Notes: generated from the sequence alone by a model not told the origin. Numbered from the stretch's first letter, positions 23,805 through 38,287 are shown. The stretch: DNA of 64,000 nt from Octopus sinensis (GCF_006345805.1 NC_043005.1:104780001-104844000), one strand, 5' to 3'. A program made the numbers and translations.

Positions 23805-24975
23805 ATATATGTGTGTGTGTGTGTTTCAGATATTTGACTACGGCTGTCGTAATAACTATTGGGCAAACTGTATATCGACTACTGTATATTTTCTGGCTGT
23901 GTGTGTATTTGTGTATGTGTGTGTGAATGAGAGAGAAAGATAGAGAGAGAGATTTATGTTTAAGTTACATCATGTTATACATAAAAACAAGGCCGCAATA
24001 AACAGAATGGTTTCTCAAAGAGTTCATAGTCATCAGCTTTTACAAGAAAAGATTGATAGTGACTGCAAAACCTAGGCCTACCCTCATGCTATCTAAAGTC
24101 TGTGTTTCCACACTATTCTGGCTGGTGTGATGCTCCATTCACGGTAAAAAAAAATGCGTCATATATACATCTGCTAATGATGTATACATATGACACTGAA
24201 ATCGTACAATTTAAACTACACTAACCAATGCAATCCATGGTCAAGTGTTCTTCTACGCGCAATTTGCTTTCCAGTATAAACTCCGATCACACTTGGACAA
24301 ACCCGCCGGGCGGAAATCCAAGCAGCTAGTGTGCTTCGTCGACTTTGCAGAATATTTTAAACTAAAACTCGTATAAAGCAAAAGTAAATGCTTATGATTA
24401 CGCATTTGTGTATTGTAATAAAGGGAGAACGCACACAGTACTGATAGCGATTGTACCCTTAAACTAAGAAGGGTAACTCCTTAATCGGAGTTTCTCTTGA
24501 TGGTTCATGAGGAATGGTAGTGAGAATTCCAAGTAGCGACTCACCGAATATTATACATACGCACATACACATACATACGTACTACACACACACACACGCA
24601 CACACACACACACCACACACACACACACACACACATTCATACAAGTATGTATGCCTATGTACATACGTGGTGGATTTCTGTCGTTCCAAGTTGAGAATGC
24701 CGATGTTCATTCATCTGAATTATCTGCTCCTGAATTAGCTAGCAAGTGACTTAGCATTTCACAGAGATACATACTCTGATGGTAATTCTTAGGCAGAATG
24801 TACATAACAGAGTTTGGGACAAGGCTTTACCTTTTTTATAACCCAGCCGACGGCTCCTCTACAGTTTCCATCTGGTCAGTTCCACTTTTAAAAATGGGTC
24901 TCATCCAGAATATATAAAATTAAATTTGCCCAAAATATCACGCAGTAAAGAATATATGTGTGTATGCATGCCCGA

Positions 24976-25020
24976 TGGTGGTGAAGAGGTCTACTGTTAG
25001 AGAAGACTGAAACATGTCCA
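24976..25020 (+). ncRNA. Degenerate hammerhead-like motif H10
   Basis: GTGAAGA GGTCT actgttagaga AGACT GAA ACATGT C CA: C3G change, 5-bp stem II, palindromic stem III, GUC triplet, only 2 bp of stem I. Confidence 0.4.
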
Positions 25021-25654
25021 GAGTTGCCTCCACATTGTTGTGATCTGATACACTTCTCACTATATTGTCCATATTCCATTTAACGTCTCAGGGTCGTTTC
25101 CACTTTTCTTTGATCAGAATTGACCGTTACTTTAATGATTATTTCTCCTGGTGTGGGTTTTTTTTTGCTCACTATACAACATACGTGAACATAGACCTAG
25201 CTATCTGGATTTCTTGTAGAGCATCTCTCTGTGTGTTTCTGTTTGTTTCCCACTCCACCCTCCGTATCTATCGTTATACATATTTTAAGTTTGTCTCTAA
25301 TCAGAGACTAATTAATCTGGACTATGAACCCTAAATTTTTGGATTCTCTACTTCTGTCCCGTGCGTGTCTGCGTCTCCCCTATACTCATCTACCTCTCCG
25401 TCAACATATCCAATCCCTCCTCTATAACTTGCATACTTTTCTCTCTGACAGCTCTTATCTTCCGTAAGTATCAAATTGCATGTAGGTGGCGCCTTTTATC
25501 CTTGTATTTACATCTCTTACATTTTGTTATCATTTCTTTCACTAAACTTACCCCTACCATACTTCTACTCAACGTTCACACACACACACACACACAGACT
25601 TACATAAACATACATGCACATGTATATGTTTTGTTCTATGTGTGTGACTGTTGT

Positions 25655-25697
<43 letters not shown>

Positions 25698-25728
25698 TAT
25701 ATATATATATATATACACACTCACACAC

Positions 25729-25761
<33 letters not shown>

Positions 25762-26119
25762 AACATTCAGTGCGTTTTGACGTAAAGACTTACAGATGAC
25801 CACTAAAACCTACCTCTACAAGTGTTTCCGGTTCCCTCCTATTCCCTTGTTCACCTACCTCTATAACCCCACTTTTCGGTCTTAGTATATGTATACAGGT
25901 CTCTCTCTTCCTATCTGTCTGTAACTCACACCTTTTACTTTCCCCAACCTCTCCTCTTTCTCTCACAATTCTCTCTCTCTGTTTCATTCTCTCTCCCTCT
26001 CCCTCTTTCTCTCTCTCTCTCTCTCATATGAGGTTGGAGGCTAAAAATTAATGAAATATCTGATAAAGTACCGAAGACAGTATAGAATGAAATGCTTGGT
26101 TTTATATCTTTTATCTTTT

Positions 26120-26385
26120 ATTTTTTTACTTGTTTAAGGCCATGTTGGGTCTTGAAGAATTTTAGCCGAACGAATCGAGCGCAATCTTTTAATCCTGGTG
26201 CTTGTTTTATTGGTACTTGTGCCTATCCGCTCAGTTACAGGAACATAAACACACCAACACAGGTTGTTAAGTGGTGGTGGGACACACATACATAAAAATA
26301 AATATATATATCTATACACATACGATGGGCTTCTTTCAAATCCACTCCCCATAAGGCTTTGGTTGGCCCGAGACTATAATAAGTG
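26120..26385 (-). mobile_element. Older family A-related SINE
   Basis: TACTTGTTT..GCCATG...AAACACACCAACAC...GGGCTTCTTTCA...GGCTTTGGTTGGCCCG match family A landmarks. Confidence 0.7.
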
Positions 26386-26495
26386 AAGATATTAACAGTC
26401 TTTCTAAATCCGTGGCCAGCTCCCAGTATCCCTTCCTTCTTTCGAAATAAAAGGTCATTTGTAATTTGCCTGGGATAAAGCGGTAGCCAGGCAGA

Positions 26496-26685
26496 ATCGT
26501 TGGCGCGTCGATCAAAATGTTTAGCAGCATTTCTTCCGGTTGCTTACGTTCTGTGTTCGAATTCTACCGGAGTCAACTTTGACTTTCATCCTTTCGGGAT
26601 CAATAAAATAAGTACCACTTCAGCACTGGTGTCTAATGTAGTTGACTTATCTTTTCCCCTCAAAATTTACCTTATATCAAAATTA
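26496..26685 (+). mobile_element. SINE family B, single decayed unit
   Basis: GGCAGAATCGTTGGC...AAAATGTTTAGC...CATCCTTTCGGGATCAATAAAATAAGTACC. Confidence 0.75.
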
Positions 26686-28105
26686 CTAAGAATTATTTAC
26701 CTGGTTTCATTTGTTGGCTGTATCCATACTGGGAAACTGACTACTTTTTTTTATTAACAGCACGAAACGAAAATATGAATGATGTTAACAAATTAGAATA
26801 ACTGGTAGGACTTGAATCTTGATCATTGTTGTCGACTTGGGCTAAATATTCTCCACGACTGTTTTAGCTCCTTAAATATTAGGCTATTTGCAACTCTCTA
26901 TTTTCATTTGACTTCGATTCAGTAGGAAGAGGAACTCTCAATTTTATAAACTTTCTAAACGAGACTTTCATCCAGTTGGATCTGGTTATTTGGCCACAGA
27001 CCGACCTTCAAATTGCAAGAAAGAACAGTGAGACTCGCCTTTAAATGACAGAGGGGAGGGCACATCATATAACATAGTTCTAAATACACTTAAAAGATGA
27101 GATGGCTGTCCACGGTTGGAATTCCAGTGATTATAAGTTGCTCGACCTGTTTGTTGTAACTAAACGAGTAAAACAACCGTAGGTTAAATTATTATTTTTA
27201 TCAGAAGACACTTGTTTATACAGTTGTATATATAGCTTCATATTTTAAATTTACTCAAAAATGGCGATAACCATGTCGCAAATCCGTGTCGTACTGAGAG
27301 CCATGTTTACTCGTTGACGCCATTAATTCTTGCTATGCAGATAAACGTTTGTATACACATATAGACACACACAAACGGGCGCGCACAAGCCCTGAAGAAT
27401 TTATGTACACTAAAATACATTCCTAATCTTTGTTGCTTTCTCTATCTTTTATATACATCTCTCCCTCTCACTATCTCTCTCTCTCTGTCTCTTTTTGACA
27501 TGTGTGTGTGCGTATCCCTCGTTCTCTTTCTGTCAGTCACTCCCTAAAACCTAATATTCTCCTCATTGCACCAGTCTTCCTCAACCCTTTTTTTTCCATG
27601 TTTTGTCCCCTTCTGTTCTCCCTTATTGTTTCGCTTTTACTTTCTCCTTATCTCTCCCCATTTTCTCACATGTCCTTTTTTTTTTAACAGTGTTCTTTAA
27701 GAATGAATCTGTAATGGTAGGAAGTTTCCCTTTCTTTTGAAAGAAATTAATCTAAGATGAGTTTTATAGCCTTGTCAGGAACGACAGGGGAATGGTTAAC
27801 AGGTTGCGCATAAGAGAACACTGCACAATTATCTTAATATCTTCGGCGATAGATAACCTCAACTCTGTGTCGTTTCAAAACAGGAAACATAACACTAAGA
27901 CGACTTTGACATAAATCAGGTGTATGAACGCCGTATGACAAAATGGCAATATTTTCTTTCTTTCTTTTCTTTTTCGTTTTTTTTTTTTTTTTTTGCTTTT
28001 TGTTGAAGCTAGGTAGATGTGCGATACGGTTTCGATTCTTTTTCCAAATACATCGTTAATGTTCTTGGGAAATCTATAAATATTAGATTTTCCATTCGTT
28101 ATAAT

Positions 28106-28169
<64 letters not shown>

Positions 28170-28321
28170 ATGTATATGTATGCATTCGAAGCTTTCTTCC
28201 AAGGAATCTAATGCGCTTAGCTTAGATTTTCCTTGGGGCTGACCAGATTGGAGCAATCTCAAGATTTATCAGCCGAAATTGCGAGGATGATCGGTTCTTG
28301 ACTGAAGTTTGAAGGTTTTAC

Positions 28322-28383
<62 letters not shown>

Positions 28384-28574
28384 GCATTTGTGGTATGTGT
28401 TCGTGTACGTGTGTGTGTGTGTGTCGATATACATACACAGAAATACATGCGTAAAAGCATTTATACAGCCAAACATGTATGAATACATACATGCAAGCAT
28501 ATGGAATCCGGTAGAGAACCACTGGTCTAATCAGATTGTACATTACCTTTCAAGACGTAATTGGTGCTATGTTT

Positions 28575-28952
28575 AAGGCGGCGAGCTAGCAGAAACGTTA
28601 GCGGTATTTCATCTGTCTTTACGTTCTGAGTTCAAGTTCCACCGAGCTCGGCTTTGCCTTTCATCCTTTCGGGATCAATTAAATAAGTACCAGTTACGCA
28701 CTGGGGTCGATACAATCGACTTAATCCGTTTGTCTGTCCTTGTTTGTCCCCTCTGTGTTTAGCCCCTTGTGGGTAGTAAAGAAATAGGTATTTCATCCGT
28801 CTTTATGTTCTGAGTTCAAATACCGCCGAGGTCGGCTTTGCTTTTCATCCTTTCGGGTCGATAAATTAAGTACCAGTTGCGTACTGGTGTCGATCCAATC
28901 GACTGGCTCCCTCCCCAAACATTTCGGGTCTTGTGCTTAGAGTAGAAAAGAT
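28575..28952 (+). mobile_element. SINE family B, dimer (184-bp period)
   Basis: Unit marker TTTCA at 28607 and 28791; the head has a TTAGC microhomology deletion. Confidence 0.9.
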
Positions 28953-29402
28953 TTGGTGCTATTTTCATAATTTCAAGCATTGAAGTTAGCACACAGATGC
29001 AGTTAAGTGCTGGTTACAATAGTGAAAATTTTAAACAGAAAGCGAATCATTAATTCATTGAAATTTTAAATGAAACAACGAAAAGAGTCAACAGCGTAAA
29101 TAAAAATGATTCTGAAAATCGGTAAGGGAGAGAACTCCCGATATTTCACATGACAGAAGATTAAATCAAAACATGCAAGGGTTAATTCAGATCTTTCGGA
29201 GCCATTGTAATAAGTGTGGTCGTCTTCTTCAATGAAATATAGTCGACTTACATGTAACACCGTACGAGAATGATTAATACACAAAATTATTTTGTGCGAC
29301 AATAATTCACTGATTTGGTTAGTTATAGCGTAGATACAAATGTACACACACACATGCATATATATATATATATATAAATATATATGTATGTACATGTGTG
29401 TG

Positions 29403-29446
<44 letters not shown>

Positions 29447-29642
29447 CTATGTTTGTACGCTTCAGAAACACCTGTAAGCTGTTGAAAATAATTACTAAAC
29501 TCCTGTTCTTTTGTCATTAATTTATTAACACTCGCACACGCACACATAAACCCATATTTACATGACTGTGTGTATCCAAATATGTATGCATACATGCATT
29601 ATATATTTCTATGTATAACATACATACATACATACATACACT

Positions 29643-29690
<48 letters not shown>

Positions 29691-29817
29691 AACATATTTA
29701 GAGAGAGAGAGGGTTATATATGTATATATAGAGAGAAAGAGAAAGAGGGGGCGAAATAGAAAGATAGATAGATAGACAGGCAGACAGACAAACAGATAGA
29801 TAGATAGATAGATAGAC

Positions 29818-29875
<58 letters not shown>

Positions 29876-29989
29876 GTAAACATCTTTGTAAGAAGGCATC
29901 GAAAGATTTTAGTACATCTTTAAGGGCCAATTACAATTGTTTTCAATGCCGGAAATGGAGTGGTTTTATAAACATTCATATCACCCTTT

Positions 29990-30340
29990 ATTCTTTTCTT
30001 CTTCTTCTTTCTTTCTTCTTCTTCTTCTTCTTCTTCTTCTTCTTCTTCTTCTTCTTCTTTCTTCTATTCGTCTTCTTCTTCTATTCTTCTTTCTTCTTTT
30101 TTCTTCTTCTTATCTTCTTCTTTTCTTCTTATTCTTCTTCTTCTTCTTTTCTTCTTCTATTCTTCTTCTTCTTTTCTTCTTCTTTGTCTTCTTCTTCTTC
30201 TTCTTTTTCTTTTTCGTTTCTTCTTCTTCTTCTTCTTCTTCTTCTTCGTCTTCTTCGTCTTCTTCTTCTTATTCTTCTTCTTTCTTCTTCTCTTCTTCTT
30301 ATTTCTTTATGCCTTAGTAGTAGTAGTAGTAGTAGTAGTT
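29990..30340. repeat. (CTT)n and (TAG)n microsatellite
   Basis: Direct reading. Confidence 0.95.
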
Positions 30341-30885
30341 CTTGTTTGCCTTCTTATCCTATTTTTATCTGACTTGGAGTTTACTATTGTTGGAAACCCG
30401 TTCGCTATTTCACCATTTTTTTTTACTTTTGTCTTAAACCTATTGTTTCTTCTTGACACAACAATCTACAAACGGTCGGCAGACGCACAATGTCAGAGCG
30501 CACCTTTTCACGCACCTCTGATCAAGTGCCACTCTAATATTTAAAACGGCAAATGTAACGGAACTTTGCACAAGAAACTTATGTATGCAATGATGTTAGA
30601 AACAGATCGGTACTGAAAGAAACAAGTGTTACTGGTCATCAAAAATATACTAAATTCTTTGTCTTCGTTTTTGGATTATATTTTACTCTTAACTAGACAC
30701 ACACACACACACACACACACTGGATTTACCGGCGTGATAACTGGATTTTCTACACCTGAAGACTTGCATCTACCTTGAGACTTCATGTATGTGGTTAGCC
30801 TCAGGCTTCTGCTGAGTGGAGAATTAAAAGTACACCGCTTTCCAGTTCTTTCTGGAGCATAATATACACATTTACAAGTACATAC

Positions 30886-31374
30886 TTGCATACATACATG
30901 TATACATACATGCATACATACATACATACATACATACATACATACATACATGCATGCATGCATACATGCATGCATGCATACATACATAATACATACATAC
31001 ATACATGCATACATGCATACATGCATACATACATACATAATATACATACATACAGCAGACATACATACATACATATATACATACAGTAAGTACATACATA
31101 ATACATGCATCATGCATACATACATATATACATATATGCATACATACAATAAACATACAGAGATGCACACTGCATACTACATACATGCATACAAACATAC
31201 ATACATAATAATACATAACATACATACATGCATGCATACACATACTACATACATACATCATACATAAGTGCATACCTACATACATACATACATACATACA
31301 TACATACATACATACATACATACATACATACATGAATGCATACTACATACCACACACACACATACATACATACA

Positions 31375-31405
<31 letters not shown>

Positions 31406-31414
31406 CATGCATAC

Positions 31415-31449
<35 letters not shown>

Positions 31450-31450
31450 G
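30886..31450. repeat. Degenerate (ATAC)n array
   Basis: Direct reading; source of the MYVC/HTYI ORFs. Confidence 0.95.
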
Positions 31451-31541
31451 ATAAATAAACATGCACACACATACACACACACGTATAAGTTTATATGTAA
31501 GAAGGAAAAGCATTCAGCATTGAAGTAGAGAGTAACCTTAC

Positions 31542-31585
31542 CTGTATGATTACCCTCTATACGCTACTCCGAGTTTCACGATTCC
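31542..31585 (-). other. Candidate 44-nt non-coding exon
   Basis: Minus strand CTAAT ... pyrimidine-rich ... CCAG | 44 nt | GTAAGG, with CAG before the donor; stops in all three frames. Confidence 0.2.
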
Positions 31586-31630
31586 CTGGTGTAATCAGCG
31601 AAGAATAACGAAACTTGGATTAGAATTAGT

Positions 31631-32020
31631 TGGTAAGTAGCTTGCTAAACACCCACATGGTTCCGGGTTTAGTCCCACTGCGTGGCATCTTGGGCAAGTG
31701 TCTTCTGCTATAGCCTCGGACCGACCAATGCTTTGTGAGTGGATTTGGTAGACGGAAACTGAAAGAAGCCTGTTGTATATATGTATATATATATATGTAT
31801 GTGTGTTTGTGTGTCTGTGTTTGTCACCCTAGCTTGACAACCGATGCTGGTGTGTTTACGTCCCCGTCACTTAGCGGTTCGGCAAAAGAGACCGATAGAA
31901 TAAGTACTGGGCTTACAAAGAATAAGTCCCGGGGTCGATTTGCTCGACTAAAGGCGGTGCTCCAGCATGGCCGCAGTCAAATGACTGAAGCAAGTAAAAG
32001 AGTAAAGAGTAAAAGAGTAA
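31631..32020 (+). mobile_element. SINE family A, head slightly truncated
   Basis: Near-identical to 10619-11043. Confidence 0.9.
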
Positions 32021-32067
32021 GAACTGGAAGAATTTGGGCACTAGTACATGCATACACTCGTATACCA

Positions 32068-32105
<38 letters not shown>

Positions 32106-32570
32106 AGATAGATTGATAAATAGATAGATGGATATATAGATAAATAGACATGTATATATATGTGTATGTATATATGCATATACATACACGTATATGTATT
32201 TATAAGCAAGTGTGTTTGTGTATGATGCAGTGGACGCAGTTCAGATGCACCCAGCAGTGTTTAATTGCACTGCACTAATGCACTTTTAGTTTAATTGCTG
32301 CTGTCTGCAACATCTACTCAGCATTTCTTGTCAGTTTCCCCTCTTCCTACCCTGCAGACACCATCCTATGTACCCCTAACCACTGTACCCGCCCCACACA
32401 CTTCATACTGCAGTCAGTCTCACCACATACTGCCATGCAACAGATTTGCATTGCTACTGCACACAACATTGCATTCATCAAATGTTAGTGCACGCCTGCA
32501 TGTGTGTATACGCACGTGTGCATATACATGTAAGTTTATATGAATCTGTGAACGTTTTTGTATATATGAT

Positions 32571-32616
<46 letters not shown>

Positions 32617-33219
32617 TTTGTATTGCTTAATTTTAGATCTTCCAGACTTGCTGTACTTACTGCTGTCTCGCCAACAAATCATGTTTTTTCTCTCCACTAC
32701 TACGCCCCACCCCACCACCCAATCTTTTCGTCCTTTTCTATCCTCTCACGGCCATGCTTCAACGTTAGCAATATTTTCATTCCCCTTCCTCCTCCTCCTC
32801 CTCTTCTTCTCTTTTAATCCTCACTTCTCCTACATCCTTTAGAATAAGTACAAGAAGTGAAATTAAAAGCAAACAAAAAAATATAAATACTAGGGTCAAC
32901 TGAATTGAATAAACCCCTTAGGGTTGTACCCCACCACCCAGCATGGCCACAGTCTAATGTTTAAAACAAAGGGGAAAAAATAAAAGAAAACACGTGTACG
33001 AATAGCACACAGACACACACTCACACATGCACGCTCGCACACACACACACACACATACACACCAGTGTTGTCCCAAAGGTAATGCAAGACTGGGTATGTC
33101 CTTTTGCCTTAATTGACATGAACCGTTCAAATTGCTCAGGTTAATAAACTAACTCTTCTTTTATACAGAGATTCTACTCTCTCTCTCTCCCACTCGACAC
33201 ACATATACACACATACACA

Positions 33220-34030
33220 CGCACATATCAGTTCACTTTGCTGATTGCCCGATTTGCTGCAAAACTTGCGTGGTCACGCATTATGAACATGGTTGGGTAG
33301 CATTTTCAGGTTTTTGTTTGGCTTCCTAATGACTTCTCAAAACTTTTTCAGTTCTTGGCCGTACCTCACCGTTCATGATACATCCACAAAATCAAGGAGA
33401 AAGCTACCCTTGACCCATCCCTCCACCACCACTAGCCACCGTGATTTTCTGAGTAGATCGTTGCCTCCTTAAATATTTAAGGCTTAGAGAAGAGATATAA
33501 CCCCATTCAATGGTCTGAGCTTTCATTTCTGGATAAAAAAGGAACGGTCATATTTCAGTTTTTGTTAACAAATAAGAAAAGCCAAAAAAAAAAACCCAAA
33601 ACAGAAAAAAACCTGTCTTTATTTGCTTCAAACTCTTGCAGCAGATCAGAGAGTCCTGTTCTCACTGTATTCCTCGAGTATCTAATGGCGAGGCTTCCCT
33701 TTGTACACAATTTTCGATACTCAAATTCTTCTTTAATGCGTTGTTACCACAGGCCACTTGTACGGTATATTCTCACACTTTTACATGTTTTTCAGCGTGA
33801 ATCAACTTGTCCACTCGATAGGGGTTAATGTCTGTGGTCGCAATACATGATCCTCTAATGCATGGTTGCTCTTCTATATTCGGTTTCCCTTCTTTAAGCT
33901 TTTGTCATCCACCTGTTTACACACCTGTCAATGGTGTCTTCTCTGTAAACAACCTCGAGCCTTTTTGTTAAAGGGACATGATGCAACTCTGCTTCTGCTT
34001 TGAAACCGTTATTTGCCTGCAATGAAGAAG
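33220..34030 (-). mobile_element. Decayed mariner transposase fragment
   Basis: RLEVVYREDTIDRCVNRWMTK (about 33962-33900) resembles the mariner HTH region (VYGE..VD.STV.RW..KF). FYPEMKAQTIEW (about 33538-33503) resembles YDPE.K.QS.EW. Frameshifts and stops throughout; no TIRs found. Confidence 0.7.
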
Positions 34031-34440
34031 AATGAGGAAGATTTATCTTAACAACATATGTCATTTGAACAACCTCTGCCAGTTAATAATACCAGTTAAT
34101 AATGCCAGTTATACCCACTTTTGAATAACTCGTGTGTGTATGAGTATGTGTATTTGTGTGTGTATACAGACATACAAATATACAAGCATAGATATACTTT
34201 AGAGCTGTTTTTTCCATGGAAACAAATTAATTATCATAGAATAAATACAGAATGTAAACGCGCCTTTTTAAAACTAGGACTCACCAAAAAACCTTTCATT
34301 TCATTCGAGAACATGTAAGGGTCTAAGTTATGCACCTACTGTGAACCGGTATGTGGAGAGTGTTTTAGCCAGACCCTAACTTGATCTCGAACAGAACAAA
34401 TTACCTTTTTGTTGGAGGTTCTCTTTTATTAATACACACA

Positions 34441-34503
<63 letters not shown>

Positions 34504-34897
34504 ACACACACACAGACACACACACACAATAAACTCCTATTGCATATCATAATACTACTTACTGCTGATAAAACTAGCAGGCGGTCACACTCAACCAAAA
34601 GTACAGCCAGGCATTTTTACCGACGCCTAATTATACATAAAACATAAAACTATTCAAAAAACATTCTCCAAAAATGAATACAACTGAATACTAACTTGAT
34701 AACGATAAATTAAGATTTAAAACGTAGAATACAATATAATACGAACTGTGAAATTAAAAAGACATATAAGATGTGGAATATATTATAAATTTAATACTAA
34801 ATTTGGTTAGCAATGAAATATGTAAAGTATGTTATTTAATTCTTGGGTATGGAACTAAATAATTAAACTATGTGTGTATGGGAAGAAAGCGCAAAAT

Positions 34898-35170
34898 ACC
34901 TACCTCGCGGGTCCTCTCGTGATGTCGAACCTTTTCAGCCGGCGTATATACGTAGGAGCCGTACTCGCCTAACTTCTGGCCAGAACCTAACGGCAAATTT
35001 TCTCTACTCAAGCGCCCAAGTGCGCCCGTCCCGAACGATAGACCCAAGGCAAAAGAGGCTCACGCTTGTCATCTTTCCGTTCACATGATCTCCCTCACTC
35101 TTCTCCCTCCAGCAAGTCCCCTCGGCCGTTCGCGTGACGTCACTGACCATATACCCCTGGCCTACCTCAG
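34898..35170 (-). promoter_or_regulatory. CpG-rich island with a perfect CRE and a candidate minus-strand splice donor
   Basis: TGACGTCA at 35135-35142; AG|GTAGGT donor with the last exon base at 34904; high CpG content in an otherwise very AT-rich, repeat-poor stretch. Confidence 0.3.
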
Positions 35171-36787
35171 CCCCTCATTTGGAGAGATAGAAAACAAATA
35201 GTATAAATCTGATAAAGTCTAATAAATAAGGAAAAGGTATAAGCGGTTTAAGCAACCTATGCTTCTCTTATGTCATTTTATAGCGTATTTTCTATTTAGT
35301 TTTGTTTACCGTTGATGCAACGCTACTTATTGTGTTTCCTATTTGGAAATATATAAAGTTATTTGGCTTTTAAAGTAAGGATATATATAATGATTAAACC
35401 GTCACTTATAACTTAAGTGTTATCATTATACGCAAATCTGAACCACAGTATATAAACGCTGTAGAGAAATATGCTTTATGGAACGCTAACGAATATTAGC
35501 GTCATGTATGTATAATATTATTTTCGTGTTCATTTAACCGCTATAAGAAAATACTATTTTATAATTACAGAAATACACATTTACACATAGTTGAAGAACG
35601 TGAAGAAAGAGAAAATATTTTCTTAATTAATTTTATTATATAAATATAACATTTTATATTATATACTGGTGAAAGAAAGATAATTTTCGTCGTATAGAAT
35701 TACGACTATAAATTTTACTATCTAATTCATAAATCTAACTAATATTGAATCACAACAATTCAAATAAGACTTGTTGGATTTTCCTTGGACATGGCATGAA
35801 AAATCACCAATGTCTCAAAGGAGTGTGTGTCGTGGAGTTTAGTTACATCTAACGAACACTAAAGTTTTCTTAAAATCCAGGATTTTTATAACTGCTCAAC
35901 TTGACTTAAAAGTATCGAAATCACATACAAATATTCTTTAAGTAACTTTTAGAATCCTTATATAAGCAGTTATATTAACCAATGGAAAAACGACAATAAT
36001 ATTTCTTCGGCAATACGACATTACGTCATATTGCCAGCTACCACAAATTGGCGCTATTATTTAAAAATGGCTACTTGCAACAAAGGCTTAATAGGAATTT
36101 TTGGGTAACCAGTTAGATAACTAAATAAATATAATAATTAGTGGGACAATAATTAAATCTACACTTGAATTAAATTAACGAAGTATATGTAAAACTTTAT
36201 TAAATCCTAAGTTCAGAGTTTGTTAGTTATCGAATAGTTTCTTCAAGATATTTTTACAAGGAAGAGAAATCAGATGGACAATGGCAAAAGGGTTAATTCC
36301 CTGTTACTTTATGCGGCAACAGACATTATACAGAAATTGTCTCATGTAAATTTGGTTGGGTGTTTCACGAATAACCCAGCTCTTGCGCTACTGAGGTAGC
36401 TTCTTGGCTGTAATATAATATATCTACTTTATTTAGATATTCACGGCTCACATGAAAGGGAATAAAAAGTGTGATGAATATATAGACTGAAAGTGTCAAC
36501 AATTACCTAACAGAACTGAAACTAAATGCCATAACAATAGAAATAATAATTATTTAAATGCAAATTGACACGCACACAATCGATAATAAATAAAGTGGGA
36601 ATGCAAATTAGTAGGTTCAGTTCTCTGTGGCAACTGGATTTGTTGATCATATATGAACAGATTGAATAAAAAATAAAAAATCACATATATGAACAGATTG
36701 GCTGCTTGTGTCTTTAGGATAGGTCAAACGATGAACACATCTCCGAAGATGTAGTTAAGTTTGCTATGTTTATGCCAAGTTTACACA

Positions 36788-37375
36788 AAGACGGCGAGCT
36801 GGCAGAGAGGTTAGCACGCCGGGCGAAATGCTTAGCAGTATTTCGTCTGCCATTACGTTCTGAGTTCAAATTCCGCCGAGGTCGACTTTGCCTTTCATCC
36901 TTTCGGGGTCGATTAAATAAGTACCAGTTACGCACTGGAGTCGATATAATCGACTTAATCCGTTTGTCTGTCCTTGTTTGTCCTCTCTGTGTTTAGCCCC
37001 TTGTGTGTAGTAAAGAAATAGGTATTTCGTCTGCTGCTACGTTCTGAGTTCAAATTCCGCCGAGGTCGACTTTGCCTTTCATCATTTCGGGGTCGATAAA
37101 TTAAGTACCAGTTACGCACTGGGCTCGATATAATCGACTTAATCCCTTTGTCTGCCCTTGTTTGTCCTCTCTGTGTTTAACCGCTTGTGAGTAGTAAAGA
37201 AATAGGTATTTCGTCTGTCTTAACGTTCTGAGTTCAAATTTCGCCGAGGTCGACTTCGCCATTCATCCTTTTGAGGTCGATAAATTAAGTACCAGCTGAG
37301 CACTGGGGTCGATGTAATCGGCTTACTCCTTACCCCAAACTTTCAAGCTTTGCGTCTATAGTAGAAAGGATAATA
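36788..37375 (+). mobile_element. SINE family B, trimer (184-bp period)
   Basis: TTTCG markers at 36841, 37025 and 37209; each unit has the B-box GAGTTCAAATT. Confidence 0.92.
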
Positions 37376-37647
37376 TAAGTTTACACACACACACACACAC
37401 ACACACATACAGAGGTTCAGATAGGGCTATGTGGTTAAGAAGTTCGCTCCGCAGCTACGTGGTTTCTGATTCCGTCCCTCTGTGCAAGAGCCCTTTATAT
37501 GAGTATCTATATTCAGGGGAGCATTCCTGTTTATCTCTCACCGCCTCACAACCGCTGTAGATTAATTTACGTTCTGGCAACTTAGCGATTCGGCAATAAA
37601 TATTTGGTAAAAGTAAGTCCAGTCTTATGATAAGTACAGGATAGATT

Positions 37648-38200
37648 TGATCAAGAGGTAAAAAAATATCCTTGGTGACAATATTTTAACATGGCCGCAG
37701 TTCAGTGACGGGGACAACTAACAGAGTTTACAATATCATTAATTAATGAAGATTAACAATTACGATTGTAAATGTGAATGATTTGAAATGTTTTCAAGCA
37801 AACTCTTGGTCATGAACACAAATCATTCTTCCATGAGATTAACATCCCGTCATTTAAATCATTCCTGAACAGCATAGATGACAGGGTCACAAAGTTGATC
37901 CCGTCATTTAAACTGGCCAATGAAGCTGAATTATTTCGAACCGGTATACATACGTCTTTTATTATCGTTTACTTGTTTCACTCATTAGACTGCTACATGG
38001 GGGAAAACCGTCTGGAATTATTTTGGTCGAACGAATTATCTCCATAACTTTATTTTTAAAGCCGTATCATTTACATTTACAATCGTAATTGTTAATCGTC
38101 ATTAATTAATGATATTGCAAACTCTCTTAGTTGTCTCCGTCATTGAACTGCGGGCATGTTAAAATATTGTCTCCAAGGATATTTTTTTACCTCTTGATCA
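37648..38200. repeat. Local inverted duplication, 135-bp arms, 283-bp spacer
   Basis: 37648-37782 versus 38066-38200, about 90% identical by eye; the arm spans a decayed SINE A tail and its flank. Confidence 0.9.
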
Positions 38201-38287
38201 CAAGACGTATCATAATGAAAATAACGTGAATATATATATACTCATGTTTTGAGTTCTACGCGCGTACACGCACGCACACACACACAC

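Noticed and set aside
29180-29240. Minus-strand TTGAAGA...GAAAGATCT as a hammerhead
   Set aside because: The core, stem II and cleavage base are all defective.
30750-30795. CTGAAGA...GAGAC...GTA as a hammerhead
   Set aside because: GAAA is mutated, stem II is absent and stem I is out of register.
30715-30830. Possible minus-strand coding exon (CAG acceptor near 30813, GTAGAT or GTAAAT donors)
   Set aside because: Weak donors and no recognisable peptide.
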